From IMG/VR virus record IMGVR_UViG_3300026094_000002: DNA of 64,000 bases. One strand, 5' to 3'. Positions 35,441-45,438 of this stretch are shown here, in pieces (within the stretch, counting starts at the first letter, position 1; every line of letters starts with the position of its first letter). The translations under genes were made by a program, and so were the position numbers. Under the pieces are notes generated by a model that searched no databases, was not told the DNA's origin, and saw only the letters and a list, made by a program, of their open reading frames with translations. Origin of the DNA: a virus (taxonomy: Duplodnaviria; Caudoviricetes).

Positions 35441-37495
35441 TTATTTGCTGGTTGCTGTGAATGTGCCATCCCAATCAGATGGCAAATCTTGGGCAAGCAT
35501 AAATTTACAACGCTCTATCCACAAATCATAATAAGCATCCATGGCACCATCAAAACTTCCACACAACTCATTGCATAATGTAATTGTTTCATCAAAGTTT
35601 TTAATGCGATACATCTCTAACATACGATCATGCTTTTCTCTTGCATCAAAATATTCGTCAGGTGTATTTTCGGCGTGTTCTAATACCGTGTAAATTTTTA
35701 ACGGTTTGCTCTTTCCTTTTACTGCTATTTTATCTAACTCCAGATAGAAAAACTGTTTGTATGTTAAATGAGCGGTTTCAGAACCTGTGACTATTCTTAC
35801 GCCATAGGACTTTGATTGTCCTTCTAAACGAGCGGCAACATTAACACTATCACCCAATACATCATAACTGTGACGCTGAGTACTACCAATTTCTCCCATA
35901 TAGGCTTTACCAGTATTAATTCCTACACCCATTCCAATTTGTGGTTTATTTTGTTCTGTCAAATGCTCATTGAACCGATCAACTGCAGATAACATCTTTA
36001 ATGCGGTGGATACAGCGTTTGTAGCATGCATATCGTCATCTATCGGTGCATTGTGAATATGCATGGTTGCATCACCAATGTACTTGATAATCATGGCATT
36101 ACTTTCAAGAACGGGCTTGGATATTGCATCCATATATGAGTTCATCATACGCGTCAAACCTTGAACATCATCACCAAAACTTTCACTTAGAGGAGTAAAT
36201 CCTCGGAGATCAGTCATTACGGTTGTGATTTTCTTTTTTGTGCCGTGTTTGATTAAATCAGGATTGGTCTGAAGTAGTTTTACAACTTGTGGGGAAGCAT
36301 ATCCAGAAAATTGCTTTTTAATTGCTTGTTTTTCTTTAAATTCTTTCACAAAGCGAAGAAATACTGAGTGTAATCCAACAAGAATTAATGCAGCAAGAGG
36401 CATTGTACCATCAAGCATGTACAAATAGTTAGACCAAGCATAATCTACAGCGAATACAAGTGTGGCACTAAGTGCAATCATTCCTATACCCACTACCCAA
36501 TAAGGCGTGAATCTTCCAAGAACAATAACCACCAAGCCTAACGCAAGAGTAGATGCAAGTTCTGCTTGAAATGCCCAGTAAGGACGCTCAATTTGTTCGC
36601 CGTCAATAAGTGTTTGTAAAGTTACTGCTGCGGGTTCGTAATTATATCTTGGTCCTGTTGGGGAGGCTATGATACCACTTATCCCTGCGGCTTGAGCACC
36701 AATGATTACAGTTTTGCCTTGAAACTCTGAAAAGTCAGATTCTGCTGCAGATATGGTGGGGAATTTTTTATTCCATCGTAACCATATTCTTCCATTGGGG
36801 TCTGTGTTTATTATGGGAAACCCGGGAACTCGGACTGCCTCTATTCCCGATCCAGATTCTTTTACTTGATAAGATGGTTGGCCTGTTGCTACTCTAATAA
36901 CTTCTACTCCCAAAGAGGGAAACACCTCGTCTTCTACTCGCATAAGAAGTGGCACTCTGCGAACAACGCCGTCTATCTCAGGAACTGTATTGATAACGCC
37001 CACACCATCTGCTGCTTTTCCTAGCTCTGGAATAGGACCCAAAACGCCTTGCCATTGGAATAGATAGGGCACAGGTTCGCCTATTTTTGCGATGCCTCTT
37101 GGAACAGAGTTTTGACTATACCTCTGTGTGCCTGTTTGTGATATTACTATGCTGTTGTTTTCAAGGGTTTCAGCAAGATACTCATCACCCCCTAACCTGT
37201 CAATTTCTGAAAATAAAATAGGAAGTACAATTACACCTGCCCCATCTTTTCTCAACTGCCATATTATATCTGCTATAGTTTCCCTGCTCCAAGGCCATTG
37301 TCCATATCGTTCTATTGCATCCTCATCAATAGTAACAACGCCAATGTCTTTGGAAACTTGAACGGGATCGGTTTGTTGTAGTAGGTCAAATTGTTTAAGG
37401 CGAAGCGTCTCGGTGATAAACCCATCACTGTAGTGTATAGATAGAATTAAGATTAAGGTTATGAGAGCCGTTGTCCAATGAGTTATCCACTTCAT
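35441..37495 (-). CDS. CHASE2-domain class III adenylate/guanylate cyclase
   Basis: CHASE2 (EDAIERYGQWPWSR, DGVVRRVPL), three TMs, TDLRGFT, KYIGDA, GVGINTG, YDVLGDSVNVAARLEG. Confidence 0.95.
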   Translation of the reverse strand: MKWITHWTTALITLILILSIHYSDGFITETLRLKQFDLLQQTDPVQVSKDIGVVTIDEDAIERYGQWPWSRETIADIIWQLRKDGAGVIVLPILFSEIDRLGGDEYLAETLENNSIVISQTGTQRYSQNSVPRGIAKIGEPVPYLFQWQGVLGPIPELGKAADGVGVINTVPEIDGVVRRVPLLMRVEDEVFPSLGVEVIRVATGQPSYQVKESGSGIEAVRVPGFPIINTDPNGRIWLRWNKKFPTISAAESDFSEFQGKTVIIGAQAAGISGIIASPTGPRYNYEPAAVTLQTLIDGEQIERPYWAFQAELASTLALGLVVIVLGRFTPYWVVGIGMIALSATLVFAVDYAWSNYLYMLDGTMPLAALILVGLHSVFLRFVKEFKEKQAIKKQFSGYASPQVVKLLQTNPDLIKHGTKKKITTVMTDLRGFTPLSESFGDDVQGLTRMMNSYMDAISKPVLESNAMIIKYIGDATMHIHNAPIDDDMHATNAVSTALKMLSAVDRFNEHLTEQNKPQIGMGVGINTGKAYMGEIGSTQRHSYDVLGDSVNVAARLEGQSKSYGVRIVTGSETAHLTYKQFFYLELDKIAVKGKSKPLKIYTVLEHAENTPDEYFDAREKHDRMLEMYRIKNFDETITLCNELCGSFDGAMDAYYDLWIERCKFMLAQDLPSDWDGTFTATSK

Positions 37496-37519
37496 TGGGA
37501 TATTTATGTTCGTGTATTA

Positions 37520-37846
37520 TTAATTTTGATTAATAGAAACAGAACACCCAGCGGGGTCTGTGCAAATTTTAGTCACGGATACAGAATCATTGTCATTTTG
37601 TTGAATATTTAAATTAACACCACCGCCAGAATTCGTTAAATCAAACGATGCAGAAGAACTCCCAGATTGCTCAGAGGTTATAGAGTGGTTATCTCCTACA
37701 ACGCTACCTTGTAAAAAGTTATCTCCAGATGATTGTAGAACAGAAAGTTCAAAATCATTGCCTTGTTGAAGGATATCAATTTCATCCGCATTAGCGACTT
37801 TGATCAATCCTAATACGATTATTGCCAATACCAGTTTGATAATCAT
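37520..37846 (-). CDS. secreted curlin-repeat-like protein
   Basis: Signal peptide; IDILQQGND...SEQSGS...NIQQN repeats. Confidence 0.7.
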   Translation of the reverse strand: MIIKLVLAIIVLGLIKVANADEIDILQQGNDFELSVLQSSGDNFLQGSVVGDNHSITSEQSGSSSASFDLTNSGGGVNLNIQQNDNDSVSVTKICTDPAGCSVSINQN

Positions 37847-38933
37847 ATTTTATAAAATTTCCTTGTAAAATGTCTATTGAATAACCATGTGATTCACTTA
37901 GTTTAAGTTCAAATGTGTTTCCCGCTTCATCTTTTCTTCTTACTGTAAATTCTGGTGGCGGGGCTTGAAAGAATATACCAGTTTCTGGATCTAATCCCTC
38001 TGGCCTGTCTCCAAACACATATTGGTTATCTAATTGATTTGCAAGTGCGGAATTAACGTTATTACGAAGATTTTGCATAATATCAAATATATCAACTTTT
38101 AATATATCTGCAGTATCACCTAATTCTGTATTCCATATTCCATCAATTGTTTCTTGCAAACTATCCTCATCTAATTCATCAAACTCAAGATAATCCACGT
38201 CCAACGCATCTGCCTGTTCTTGCAACTCTCTTGCAGTCAAGTCATAGTTGGATTCTTTTCTCACAATCAACATACTGTTTAATTGTGATGGGTCTATATC
38301 AAGCACCAACGGCTTAGATGGTGGCTTATTTCCTGTTTCTATTACTGTAGTTTGAAATGCTTCATTCATTACAACCATACCCGCATCGGATTCAACAGTT
38401 ATTTCACCCACAAAACATTGTGCGGGTTCTCTGGGATTCACTATTCTGCATGAAGGCAATAATGTGACTGTGGAGCCTCCTATTTCATCTACTACCATCG
38501 CAAAGTCAGTACCACGTACACCAATGGTAGCGGACGGCGTTTCTATTTTTACATTCTGCTGATGCTTTTTCGCGATTTGTCCAGATGCATATTTGACAGA
38601 ACCCAGACTGATTTTTAGGGCAAGTGAACCTTCGTTTGCAGCAGGATCATACACAAATTCATCTATAACAAGACGAGAATGCTCTGTGACATCAACACGA
38701 GTATCATCCACAAAGTCAATTCTCATCCTGCCTTTTTCGGTCACAGCAGTATCGTAGGATTCTACTTCTGTGCCTTGCTCACCCTGAATAACGGACTCTT
38801 CACGTTCTAACACGCCCGAGCCTGATATTTCTGACACGCTACCTATTGCGGCGTGTGCAGAAATATTAGTCAGACTGATCAATATCAACAGTAGCGTTAT
38901 CGCCTTCAAATGTTGCATCCACTGTGTTGTCAT
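37791..38933 (-). CDS. FecR-domain secreted protein
   Basis: IDFVDDTRVDVTEHSRL...IETPSATIGVRGTDF. Confidence 0.88.
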   Translation of the reverse strand: MTTQWMQHLKAITLLLILISLTNISAHAAIGSVSEISGSGVLEREESVIQGEQGTEVESYDTAVTEKGRMRIDFVDDTRVDVTEHSRLVIDEFVYDPAANEGSLALKISLGSVKYASGQIAKKHQQNVKIETPSATIGVRGTDFAMVVDEIGGSTVTLLPSCRIVNPREPAQCFVGEITVESDAGMVVMNEAFQTTVIETGNKPPSKPLVLDIDPSQLNSMLIVRKESNYDLTARELQEQADALDVDYLEFDELDEDSLQETIDGIWNTELGDTADILKVDIFDIMQNLRNNVNSALANQLDNQYVFGDRPEGLDPETGIFFQAPPPEFTVRRKDEAGNTFELKLSESHGYSIDILQGNFIKYDYQTGIGNNRIRIDQSR

Positions 38934-39552
38934 TTATGCCGCTCTGTGTCACGTTATAAACACCGCCGCCACCTGTAATATCAAGATTGAGTGAATGTCC
39001 GTTGACATCACCGTCACCATCCATATCAACATTAACAGTATTGCCACCTGCAAGACTGCTACTGTTGTCAATCACCACAGTAGCATCAGCATCTACACCG
39101 TCTACTTCAGCGTCAATCACGTTCGCATCACCGTCTACTGTGAATGTTGCTACAAGATCGGAAGCATCCGCAGTTTCGCCTATGCGAAGATCTATGTCTG
39201 CACCATCACCATTAACTGTAATATCTGCTGTCACAGTTTCACATTGAACTGCATCAACACTATCACAAGCAAGATCAACATTGTTGTTGTTGCCAGTAAG
39301 GCTAATAGTACCTGTGTAGGTATTACCATTGATAGTTGCTGCAATAATATTGTTATCGCCTATCTGATCTATGTCAAAAGTCATATCATCGCCATTCAGT
39401 ACCATTGGTTCTTCTGAAGTACCTGCAACGTTATCTGTGCCATCTTGTGTGATATCAAGATCAAGATTATCACCAATCTGATCCACATATATTTCATTTG
39501 CCCATGCCATACTAACCATTAGTATCAGCGTTAGAGTTAATGCCCCTCTCAT
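38866..39552 (-). CDS. secreted curlin-like beta-solenoid protein
   Basis: Signal peptide MRGALTL...AWA; repeated x-Q/N-x-G-D-N-N units; very Asp/Asn/Gly-rich. Confidence 0.75.
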   Translation of the reverse strand: MRGALTLTLILMVSMAWANEIYVDQIGDNLDLDITQDGTDNVAGTSEEPMVLNGDDMTFDIDQIGDNNIIAATINGNTYTGTISLTGNNNNVDLACDSVDAVQCETVTADITVNGDGADIDLRIGETADASDLVATFTVDGDANVIDAEVDGVDADATVVIDNSSSLAGGNTVNVDMDGDGDVNGHSLNLDITGGGGVYNVTQSGINDNTVDATFEGDNATVDIDQSD

Positions 39553-40348
39553 TTTTGTCGCTCCCTTTAAACTGCCAGAGTTCTTTTTCCGCTCCTTGAT
39601 AAACAAGTTCTATTACTCCGGCTTCTATTGCTGCCCTCACAGCATAATTTACAGGCTCGTTGGCTGTCATGCCCATTTCAGTCTCAACGAGTTCTGTTCC
39701 CATATCAAAAAAACGAAATAAATTTGCCCCCGTCTTTGTTGATAATATTGTTTTTTCTGTTGCCACAGACGTTAAAACTCTTCCTGAATTAACACTTACT
39801 AACCTCATTACAACAGTTACTGTATCTACCCTGTACTCGGTATCTACCCCAATTCCCAAGTACCTTGCCCCTGCACCTCCGGTTAAAACATTTGCATCAT
39901 AACCTACAATACCACCCTCTAATATTAACCCTGCAAATCGCATTGGGTCTAATTGGCGGCTCTCTTCGCCATAATTTTCTCTGGTATTTCGTATAAGTTG
40001 TCTTTCTTTTACTAAATTATCTAAACCTACTCGCTCAACAACATCAAACCACGAACTATTGCCGATATCTTGTAAACTTTTAATAACCCAAACCTCTGCA
40101 CCTTGTGTAACTGCGGTAGATAAACTTGCTATATTTTCATTGGGTTGTCTTTGTCCTGTTTTATCTGAAAAATCATAAACTGCTATCGTAATCTTTGGTC
40201 CATTTAACTCGGGGATATCATCTAATTTTTCCTGCATAGGAGCAGGTTGTATATCTGCAGGTTCAGATTGAAATCTATCTTCTCCAGTTGCAGCACACCC
40301 ACTTAAAATCGCTAAACAAAATACAAGATTTATAGGTGTCTTTATCAA
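39512..40348 (-). CDS. csgG: curli secretion channel CsgG-family lipoprotein
   Basis: Lipobox LSGC; IAVYDFSDKTGQ...STAVTQGA...VVERVGLDNLVKERQLIR. Confidence 0.93.
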   Translation of the reverse strand: MIKTPINLVFCLAILSGCAATGEDRFQSEPADIQPAPMQEKLDDIPELNGPKITIAVYDFSDKTGQRQPNENIASLSTAVTQGAEVWVIKSLQDIGNSSWFDVVERVGLDNLVKERQLIRNTRENYGEESRQLDPMRFAGLILEGGIVGYDANVLTGGAGARYLGIGVDTEYRVDTVTVVMRLVSVNSGRVLTSVATEKTILSTKTGANLFRFFDMGTELVETEMGMTANEPVNYAVRAAIEAGVIELVYQGAEKELWQFKGSDKNERGINSNADTNG

Positions 40349-40836
40349 AATAATAATTCCCCGGGACCGGGTATATCTATTTCTGTAAAGCCCTCTGGTC
40401 CATCTACAGTAAGTGTAATAGCACCTGATTCAGATCTATTCCAAGTAATAGTGGATCCTTCTATTTCCGTAGACCCACCGTCAGGCTGAGTACAAGATTC
40501 ATCCCCTTCCTCACATTTTGTAAACATATTGTCTACCATTTGTTTTGACAAAGTGGCGTAAATTCTTGATTCCATGTTAGTCACAAACTTCTTGAGAATA
40601 GAATCTTCCATTTCTCTTTCTAAACGTCGTTGCTCTGCTTCTTTACGTTCACGAATTTCTTTCTCGCGATTGTGCCTCAATTGTTCATTAGACAAGACGT
40701 GGTTTGACCATCCTTGTCCTGAAAAAGAAGGATTTTTAAATTGATGTGTTAGTTGGGATGCAAAAACTGTACCGCCAAAGAGGACCATGGCGGCAACAAG
40801 TACTGCAGTGATAAGACAATTTTTAAGTAAACACAT
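40345..40836 (-). CDS. csgF: CsgF-family curli assembly protein
   Basis: LTHQFKNPSFSG...KFVTNMESRIY; adjacent to csgG. Confidence 0.8.
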   Translation of the reverse strand: MCLLKNCLITAVLVAAMVLFGGTVFASQLTHQFKNPSFSGQGWSNHVLSNEQLRHNREKEIRERKEAEQRRLEREMEDSILKKFVTNMESRIYATLSKQMVDNMFTKCEEGDESCTQPDGGSTEIEGSTITWNRSESGAITLTVDGPEGFTEIDIPGPGELLF

Positions 40837-40899
40837 AGTATATACTTTCCTATGTGTTATTTAATTTATATTTTGGACAAATTAAGTATAGATTTTAAT

Positions 40900-41484
40900 T
40901 TATCTATTATAAATTAATTCGTCAGCCAAGCCATAATCAATTGACTCTTGTGCACCCATGAAGTTATCTCGTTCCATATCAGCCTGAAGTGCTTCTACAT
41001 CCTTGCCAGTATGCTTAGCATACACGCCCGTAAGAATTGTTTTCCAGCGAAGTAATTCTTTGGCTTGTATTTCTACATCTGATGCTTGCCCTGACGCACC
41101 GCCCAATGGTTGATGGATCATATGCCGAGCGTGAGGCAGAATCTTTCTTTTCCCTGCTGTTCCACTTGCAGATAACAATGACCCCATACTCGCGGCTTGC
41201 CCTATAACAATAGTTGAAACATCGCATTTAATAAACTGCATCGTGTCGTAAATGCTCATGCCAGCAGTGACGCTGCCGCCGGGGGAGTTGATGTAAAACA
41301 GAATATCAGAGTCTGGATCTTCTGACTCTAAGAATAGCATTTGTGCCACAATAAGGCTTGCAGAATGTTCACTAACCTCTGTATCAAGCATTATGATTCG
41401 GTCTTTTAATAACCGACTATAAATGTCGTAACTACGCTCGCCTTGAGCAGTTTTTTCCAAAACAATGGGCACTAAATTAGGCAT
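40900..41484 (-). CDS. clpP: ATP-dependent Clp protease proteolytic subunit
   Basis: [38 protein letters not shown]. Confidence 0.97.
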   Translation of the reverse strand: MPNLVPIVLEKTAQGERSYDIYSRLLKDRIIMLDTEVSEHSASLIVAQMLFLESEDPDSDILFYINSPGGSVTAGMSIYDTMQFIKCDVSTIVIGQAASMGSLLSASGTAGKRKILPHARHMIHQPLGGASGQASDVEIQAKELLRWKTILTGVYAKHTGKDVEALQADMERDNFMGAQESIDYGLADELIYNR

Positions 41485-41545
41485 GTTTTCCTCTTTTTGT
41501 TTATATATTAATTTATGATTTATATTTCTTTAAGACAAAAAAATG

Positions 41546-41598
41546 CCCAGTCAGCGTAGACAGGGCAAAAGGGGCAAAGGAGACAGACGCTGACTGGG
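41546..41598 (-). terminator. 12-bp hairpin with a large pyrimidine-rich loop
   Basis: CCCAGTCAGCGT/ACGCTGACTGGG followed by CA and a T7 tract. Confidence 0.5.
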
Positions 41599-41632
41599 TT
41601 AATGACCGAATGGCCGTTGGTTAGATTTTTTA

Positions 41633-42229
41633 TTATTCAGAAGACTGGGCTTCTTCTCTGGTGTCAATCTCTTCAAAAACTTCACTAGAACGGTCTAGTG
41701 CTTTTTCTTGAATCTCCTGTTCACGTTTCCGCTCTAGGAGAACATTTGCATCACCAATTGGAAGTGCAACAAGAACATATGTACGATAACGACTATTTTC
41801 CTGTACAACTACCTCATCAGCAACTTCTGCTCCAGTAATGTCAGTTGATGTGCACATACTACGAATAGCCAATTCAGAATTTTCTACACTGGAGTTACCA
41901 GTATCAGAAATAAATGTCTGATTCTGTTGACTCACAGTACCACCTGCTGCAACACAAATCTGACCATAAGCCATATTTCGTGCTTTTGCCCGGCTCATTG
42001 ATAAATTGCTACTAGCAGCAGAACCATTCTGATAAATTGCAGACTCTGATTCTGGAACTTCTGTCATCCAGTCTGGCATATTATCAAGTGTGCTTTCAAC
42101 GGCCTTGCTGTCAAGTTCACGCTGCTTTTCTGCTCGCTCTTGATAAATGTCTGAAGTAGAGGAACAAGCAGCCAGTGTTAATGCTACGGCAGCAATACCA
42201 ACTGTGTTACGTGTAGTTTTAATAAACAT
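41633..42229 (-). CDS. lipoprotein (LPP20-like)
   Basis: Lipobox LAAC; PDWM...A. Confidence 0.75.
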   Translation of the reverse strand: MFIKTTRNTVGIAAVALTLAACSSTSDIYQERAEKQRELDSKAVESTLDNMPDWMTEVPESESAIYQNGSAASSNLSMSRAKARNMAYGQICVAAGGTVSQQNQTFISDTGNSSVENSELAIRSMCTSTDITGAEVADEVVVQENSRYRTYVLVALPIGDANVLLERKREQEIQEKALDRSSEVFEEIDTREEAQSSE

Positions 42230-42232
42230 TTT

Positions 42233-42643
42233 TTATACCTTTGTTGCGTTACGCTTCATAATTTCAATCATCTGGTAAAATCCATCTGATCGGTTCATTG
42301 ATAATAGTTGAGATATTCCCAACGGTTCAAATGATTCACTTGTTACCTTATTGACTTCTTCAAGTGGAATACTATTAAACACGTCTAAGAGTATATACGC
42401 ATATCCACTAGAAATCAACCCATTTGAATATGCATGCCATTTACCATTTTCCCAATCTACAAACAAATCATATTGACATTTGCTTACACGGCTATGCTCT
42501 GTTCTTTTTTCTTCTGACAGTGGGTCTGCCTGTAACTTTTTTCCAAGATCAATAATATACTCAAACACAGCAGTATTGTCATTCGACAACTCTCTCACCA
42601 TATCAAAGTTTTCGCGATATTGATTGATCTTTTCTTCTAACAC
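42233..42643 (-). CDS. sufE: SufE-family Fe-S metabolism protein
   Basis: FEYIIDLGKKL...RVSKCQ...LGISQLLSMNRSDG. Confidence 0.8.
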   Translation of the reverse strand: MLEEKINQYRENFDMVRELSNDNTAVFEYIIDLGKKLQADPLSEEKRTEHSRVSKCQYDLFVDWENGKWHAYSNGLISSGYAYILLDVFNSIPLEEVNKVTSESFEPLGISQLLSMNRSDGFYQMIEIMKRNATKV

Positions 42644-42661
42644 GTTTTTGCCTCGGCGTAA

Positions 42662-42823
42662 TTATATAATTCGTAAAAAGAATATATCAAAATACCAAGC
42701 ATCTTCGTCTTTGGCAATGGCAAACAGGCATCTTTCTCTTTCACCGGTAATGCCCACAGAAAAGACACTGAATCTAACCCCTTCATAATCTTTTGTAAAA
42801 GTACACAACTGAATATTAAACAT
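42662..42823 (-). CDS. 53-aa hypothetical protein
   Basis: Manual ORF MFNIQLCTF...WYFDIFFLRII; GAGG RBS. Confidence 0.5.
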   Translation of the reverse strand: MFNIQLCTFTKDYEGVRFSVFSVGITGERERCLFAIAKDEDAWYFDIFFLRII

Positions 42824-43097
42824 CAGATACCTCAGTGTTCATAAAATAGCCCACACAATACTCACAATCCCAGTATGCCACGGGCTCTCCTTCCTTTTCC
42901 CAAACCATCACGGGAAAAGCACGTTTATTACAAGTGTCCCATTGAAATCTACTTGCAAACTCATCGGGAATCTCTTCATATAGCACACTATCATCATCTG
43001 CTTTTACTTGTGTGCTCATATCAATACAACGTCCACGAGATGGAGCAATATAATTTACAAATTCATCGATGTAGTATTTTTCCATAATTTTATGCAC
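42816..43097 (-). CDS. hypothetical protein
   Basis: ORF track. Confidence 0.7.
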   Translation of the reverse strand: MHKIMEKYYIDEFVNYIAPSRGRCIDMSTQVKADDDSVLYEEIPDEFASRFQWDTCNKRAFPVMVWEKEGEPVAYWDCEYCVGYFMNTEVSDV

Positions 43098-43302
43098 TCA
43101 TCCGAGAACGATTAGGCAAGACAAATAGATCATTTACCGTGATTTTATCATGACGCTTGCCATCAACATAAATTGGCTCAAAAAGGTCAATAGTGTGCTG
43201 AATTTCTCCACCAGACTTTGCTCGGGAGTTAGTTACACGTCCGGCGTAAGCAACGCCTTCGTACATCCCGCTAATAATATGACCGTTTCTATCCCAATTC
43301 AT
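43090..43302 (-). CDS. hypothetical protein
   Basis: ORF track. Confidence 0.65.
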   Translation of the reverse strand: MNWDRNGHIISGMYEGVAYAGRVTNSRAKSGGEIQHTIDLFEPIYVDGKRHDKITVNDLFVLPNRSRMSA

Positions 43303-43368
43303 TATTGTATCCTTCTGTTAAATTTAGTGGCACTTGGTATTATATTAATTAATAAACCTAATGTCAAG

Positions 43369-43941
43369 TTAAAATTTATCAACAACAACCCACTTATCAG
43401 GTTTAGTTTCACAAATAACACCTTCATACTTGCGAATTTCTGTACCTGTAAAGTTTGCATCCACAAACCAACGGCACTCTGCTCCCTGATGATAAAAAGA
43501 ATTATCATATTCTGGATGGGGACGAAACTGTTCAATAGAACCAACTGTACCGACATCAATGTTTTTTAACTGTTCATATCGTTCATCATCATTACAAACA
43601 AGAACTTGTTCATTGCTAACATCTCGTTCAGCAACGCGTTCAATTACCATTTTTTCAGCAAGTTGAACTGCCTTGGCACATGCCTGTTGGTGTGGTTTGT
43701 TTCCAGACCACTCCCATTCACCAGTCGCCATTTTCCAGTCTTGATTAATTCTGACACTAAAGTGAACTGTGCATTTACGGTTGCCATTGCCAACATCAGT
43801 TACATCTCGGACAATGTTACTACGCTCACTAATTTCAAGGTCGTTTTTTGTGACCGTTCGTGATTGATACACACATTCCTGTGCCTGTGCAGAAATCGCA
43901 ATACCAAAAGTTAGTGCCAACAAAGATGTGATTTTTTTCAT
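43369..43941 (-). CDS. exported Cys-containing protein
   Basis: Signal peptide ending AQA; six Cys. Confidence 0.8.
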   Translation of the reverse strand: MKKITSLLALTFGIAISAQAQECVYQSRTVTKNDLEISERSNIVRDVTDVGNGNRKCTVHFSVRINQDWKMATGEWEWSGNKPHQQACAKAVQLAEKMVIERVAERDVSNEQVLVCNDDERYEQLKNIDVGTVGSIEQFRPHPEYDNSFYHQGAECRWFVDANFTGTEIRKYEGVICETKPDKWVVVDKF

Positions 43942-43954
43942 AACTGTTTATCCA

Positions 43955-44080
43955 TTATGATAGGTTAAGCATCCGCTTAACTTTACGAATGTCAGATTCT
44001 AATTTATCAATTCTTCGCAGAGTTTTTTCACGCTGTTTGCGAGATTCCTCAATACTCTTTTTTAGTGAATTAGAATCCAT
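43955..44080 (-). CDS. 41-aa coiled-coil peptide
   Basis: MDSNSLKKSIEESRKQREKTLRRIDKLESDIRKVKRMLNLS. Confidence 0.45.
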   Translation of the reverse strand: MDSNSLKKSIEESRKQREKTLRRIDKLESDIRKVKRMLNLS

Positions 44081-44092
44081 AAAATTTTATAC

Positions 44093-44317
44093 CTAAAAGT
44101 TGGATAAAATAGTCCTTACCTGTGCACAATCAACTTCTGATTGAACTTCTTCATCTAAAACACCCAAAGCAATTGCTTCAACCAACAAATCAAGCGTGTG
44201 CCACTGATCGGGGTCCATAGCCAGACGAAGTTCATGCACATCATCCTCAGACTCACACGCCCAAAGTTGATCAAGGATCTCTGCTTGTTCACGGGTTACG
44301 CCCTGAATATCAATCAT
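44093..44317 (-). CDS. hypothetical acidic protein
   Basis: Likely start MIDIQG at 44317 with GGAG RBS. Confidence 0.65.
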   Translation of the reverse strand: MIDIQGVTREQAEILDQLWACESEDDVHELRLAMDPDQWHTLDLLVEAIALGVLDEEVQSEVDCAQVRTILSNF

Positions 44318-44452
44318 TGTATTCTCCAAGTTTATTTGCTGCAAACTGAAACGCATCTCGGGTAATGTCGATAACACCACTGATGCTATCGACGTTTTCC
44401 ATACCAAAATAATACCCGACTGTGATTCCAATTACAAGAATAATTAGTGATT

Positions 44453-44923
44453 TCATGCCACACGCTCGATATAAAGTTGTCCTTCGGTTTCAGGACGCCC
44501 CCTAAGATACATCTGTGAGATGCGTCGCTGAATATTACGATTGGGACGACGGAAATAACCCTTAATTACTTCATTGTTATACTTAATGGCCCACTTGTAA
44601 TTTGGCTTAGTATCACCGGTTGCATTACGCTTACATTTGGGGTTTTCTACGCCAAGGCGACGAGCAACCATTTTCCACTCTGGTCCATGACCTGCATGGA
44701 ACCCTGCGATAGCGTGAGCGATTTCATGAAGAATAGTCTGCCGCGTGGCATACTCGGATTCTGTTTCAGTAAGGATCCGACTCAATTCAATTGTGTTACG
44801 ACCATAATGGCAAAGTCCGAATGCTCTTTGACGACGGTTCCAGCGAAAAGACCATGTGCCATCAAGGTGCTTGTTAATCAACTCAATTGCGAGGGTTTCT
44901 GCTTCCTGAAGATTCATTTCCAA
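44453..44923 (-). CDS. SprT-like zinc metalloprotease
   Basis: RAFGLC...TILHEIAHA...GHGPEWK. Confidence 0.9.
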   Translation of the reverse strand: MEMNLQEAETLAIELINKHLDGTWSFRWNRRQRAFGLCHYGRNTIELSRILTETESEYATRQTILHEIAHAIAGFHAGHGPEWKMVARRLGVENPKCKRNATGDTKPNYKWAIKYNNEVIKGYFRRPNRNIQRRISQMYLRGRPETEGQLYIERVA

Positions 44924-45206
44924 TCTCTCTTTGCTGTATTGCCCTAAATGATGTGATCAGTATATTACTTCCGGACTATCGTGTCAACCCAGTGCACCTA
45001 TCAATCTTATTCGGTCCCAATGTGCCTGTGATTGGGAAAGTTCGCGATACAACTGATCACGCTCTTGATTGTTTTTGGCACGATCAATATCTCGTTGAAT
45101 ATCCCCGGGTTGGCGAATCATTTCTAATCTCTTGTTGGCTGATGAATAGTGTAGTTTTAATGCTGTTTCAAAAAATGTGGGCAGAAATCCTACCCACACT
45201 TCTTAA

Positions 45207-45392
45207 TTACATATACTTTTCAAGATTTGGAGTGCAATCAAGTTCTGAGTGCGTTTCAGTTAGCATGTTGATATCATCATTAGTAAAAATTTCGCCCATA
45301 TCAACCCAACCACTTTCATGTACAGGAGAAATTTCACGCTCAAAAATATCTTCAATCAGACTGTTTACTGCTTCGCGATCATCAAGAAACAT
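45207..45392 (-). CDS. hypothetical acidic protein
   Basis: GGAG RBS. Confidence 0.6.
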   Translation of the reverse strand: MFLDDREAVNSLIEDIFEREISPVHESGWVDMGEIFTNDDINMLTETHSELDCTPNLEKYM

Positions 45393-45438
45393 TTTAGTTA
45401 CTCCTTTACTGTAAATGAGGTTTAAGTTTAGTAAACGA

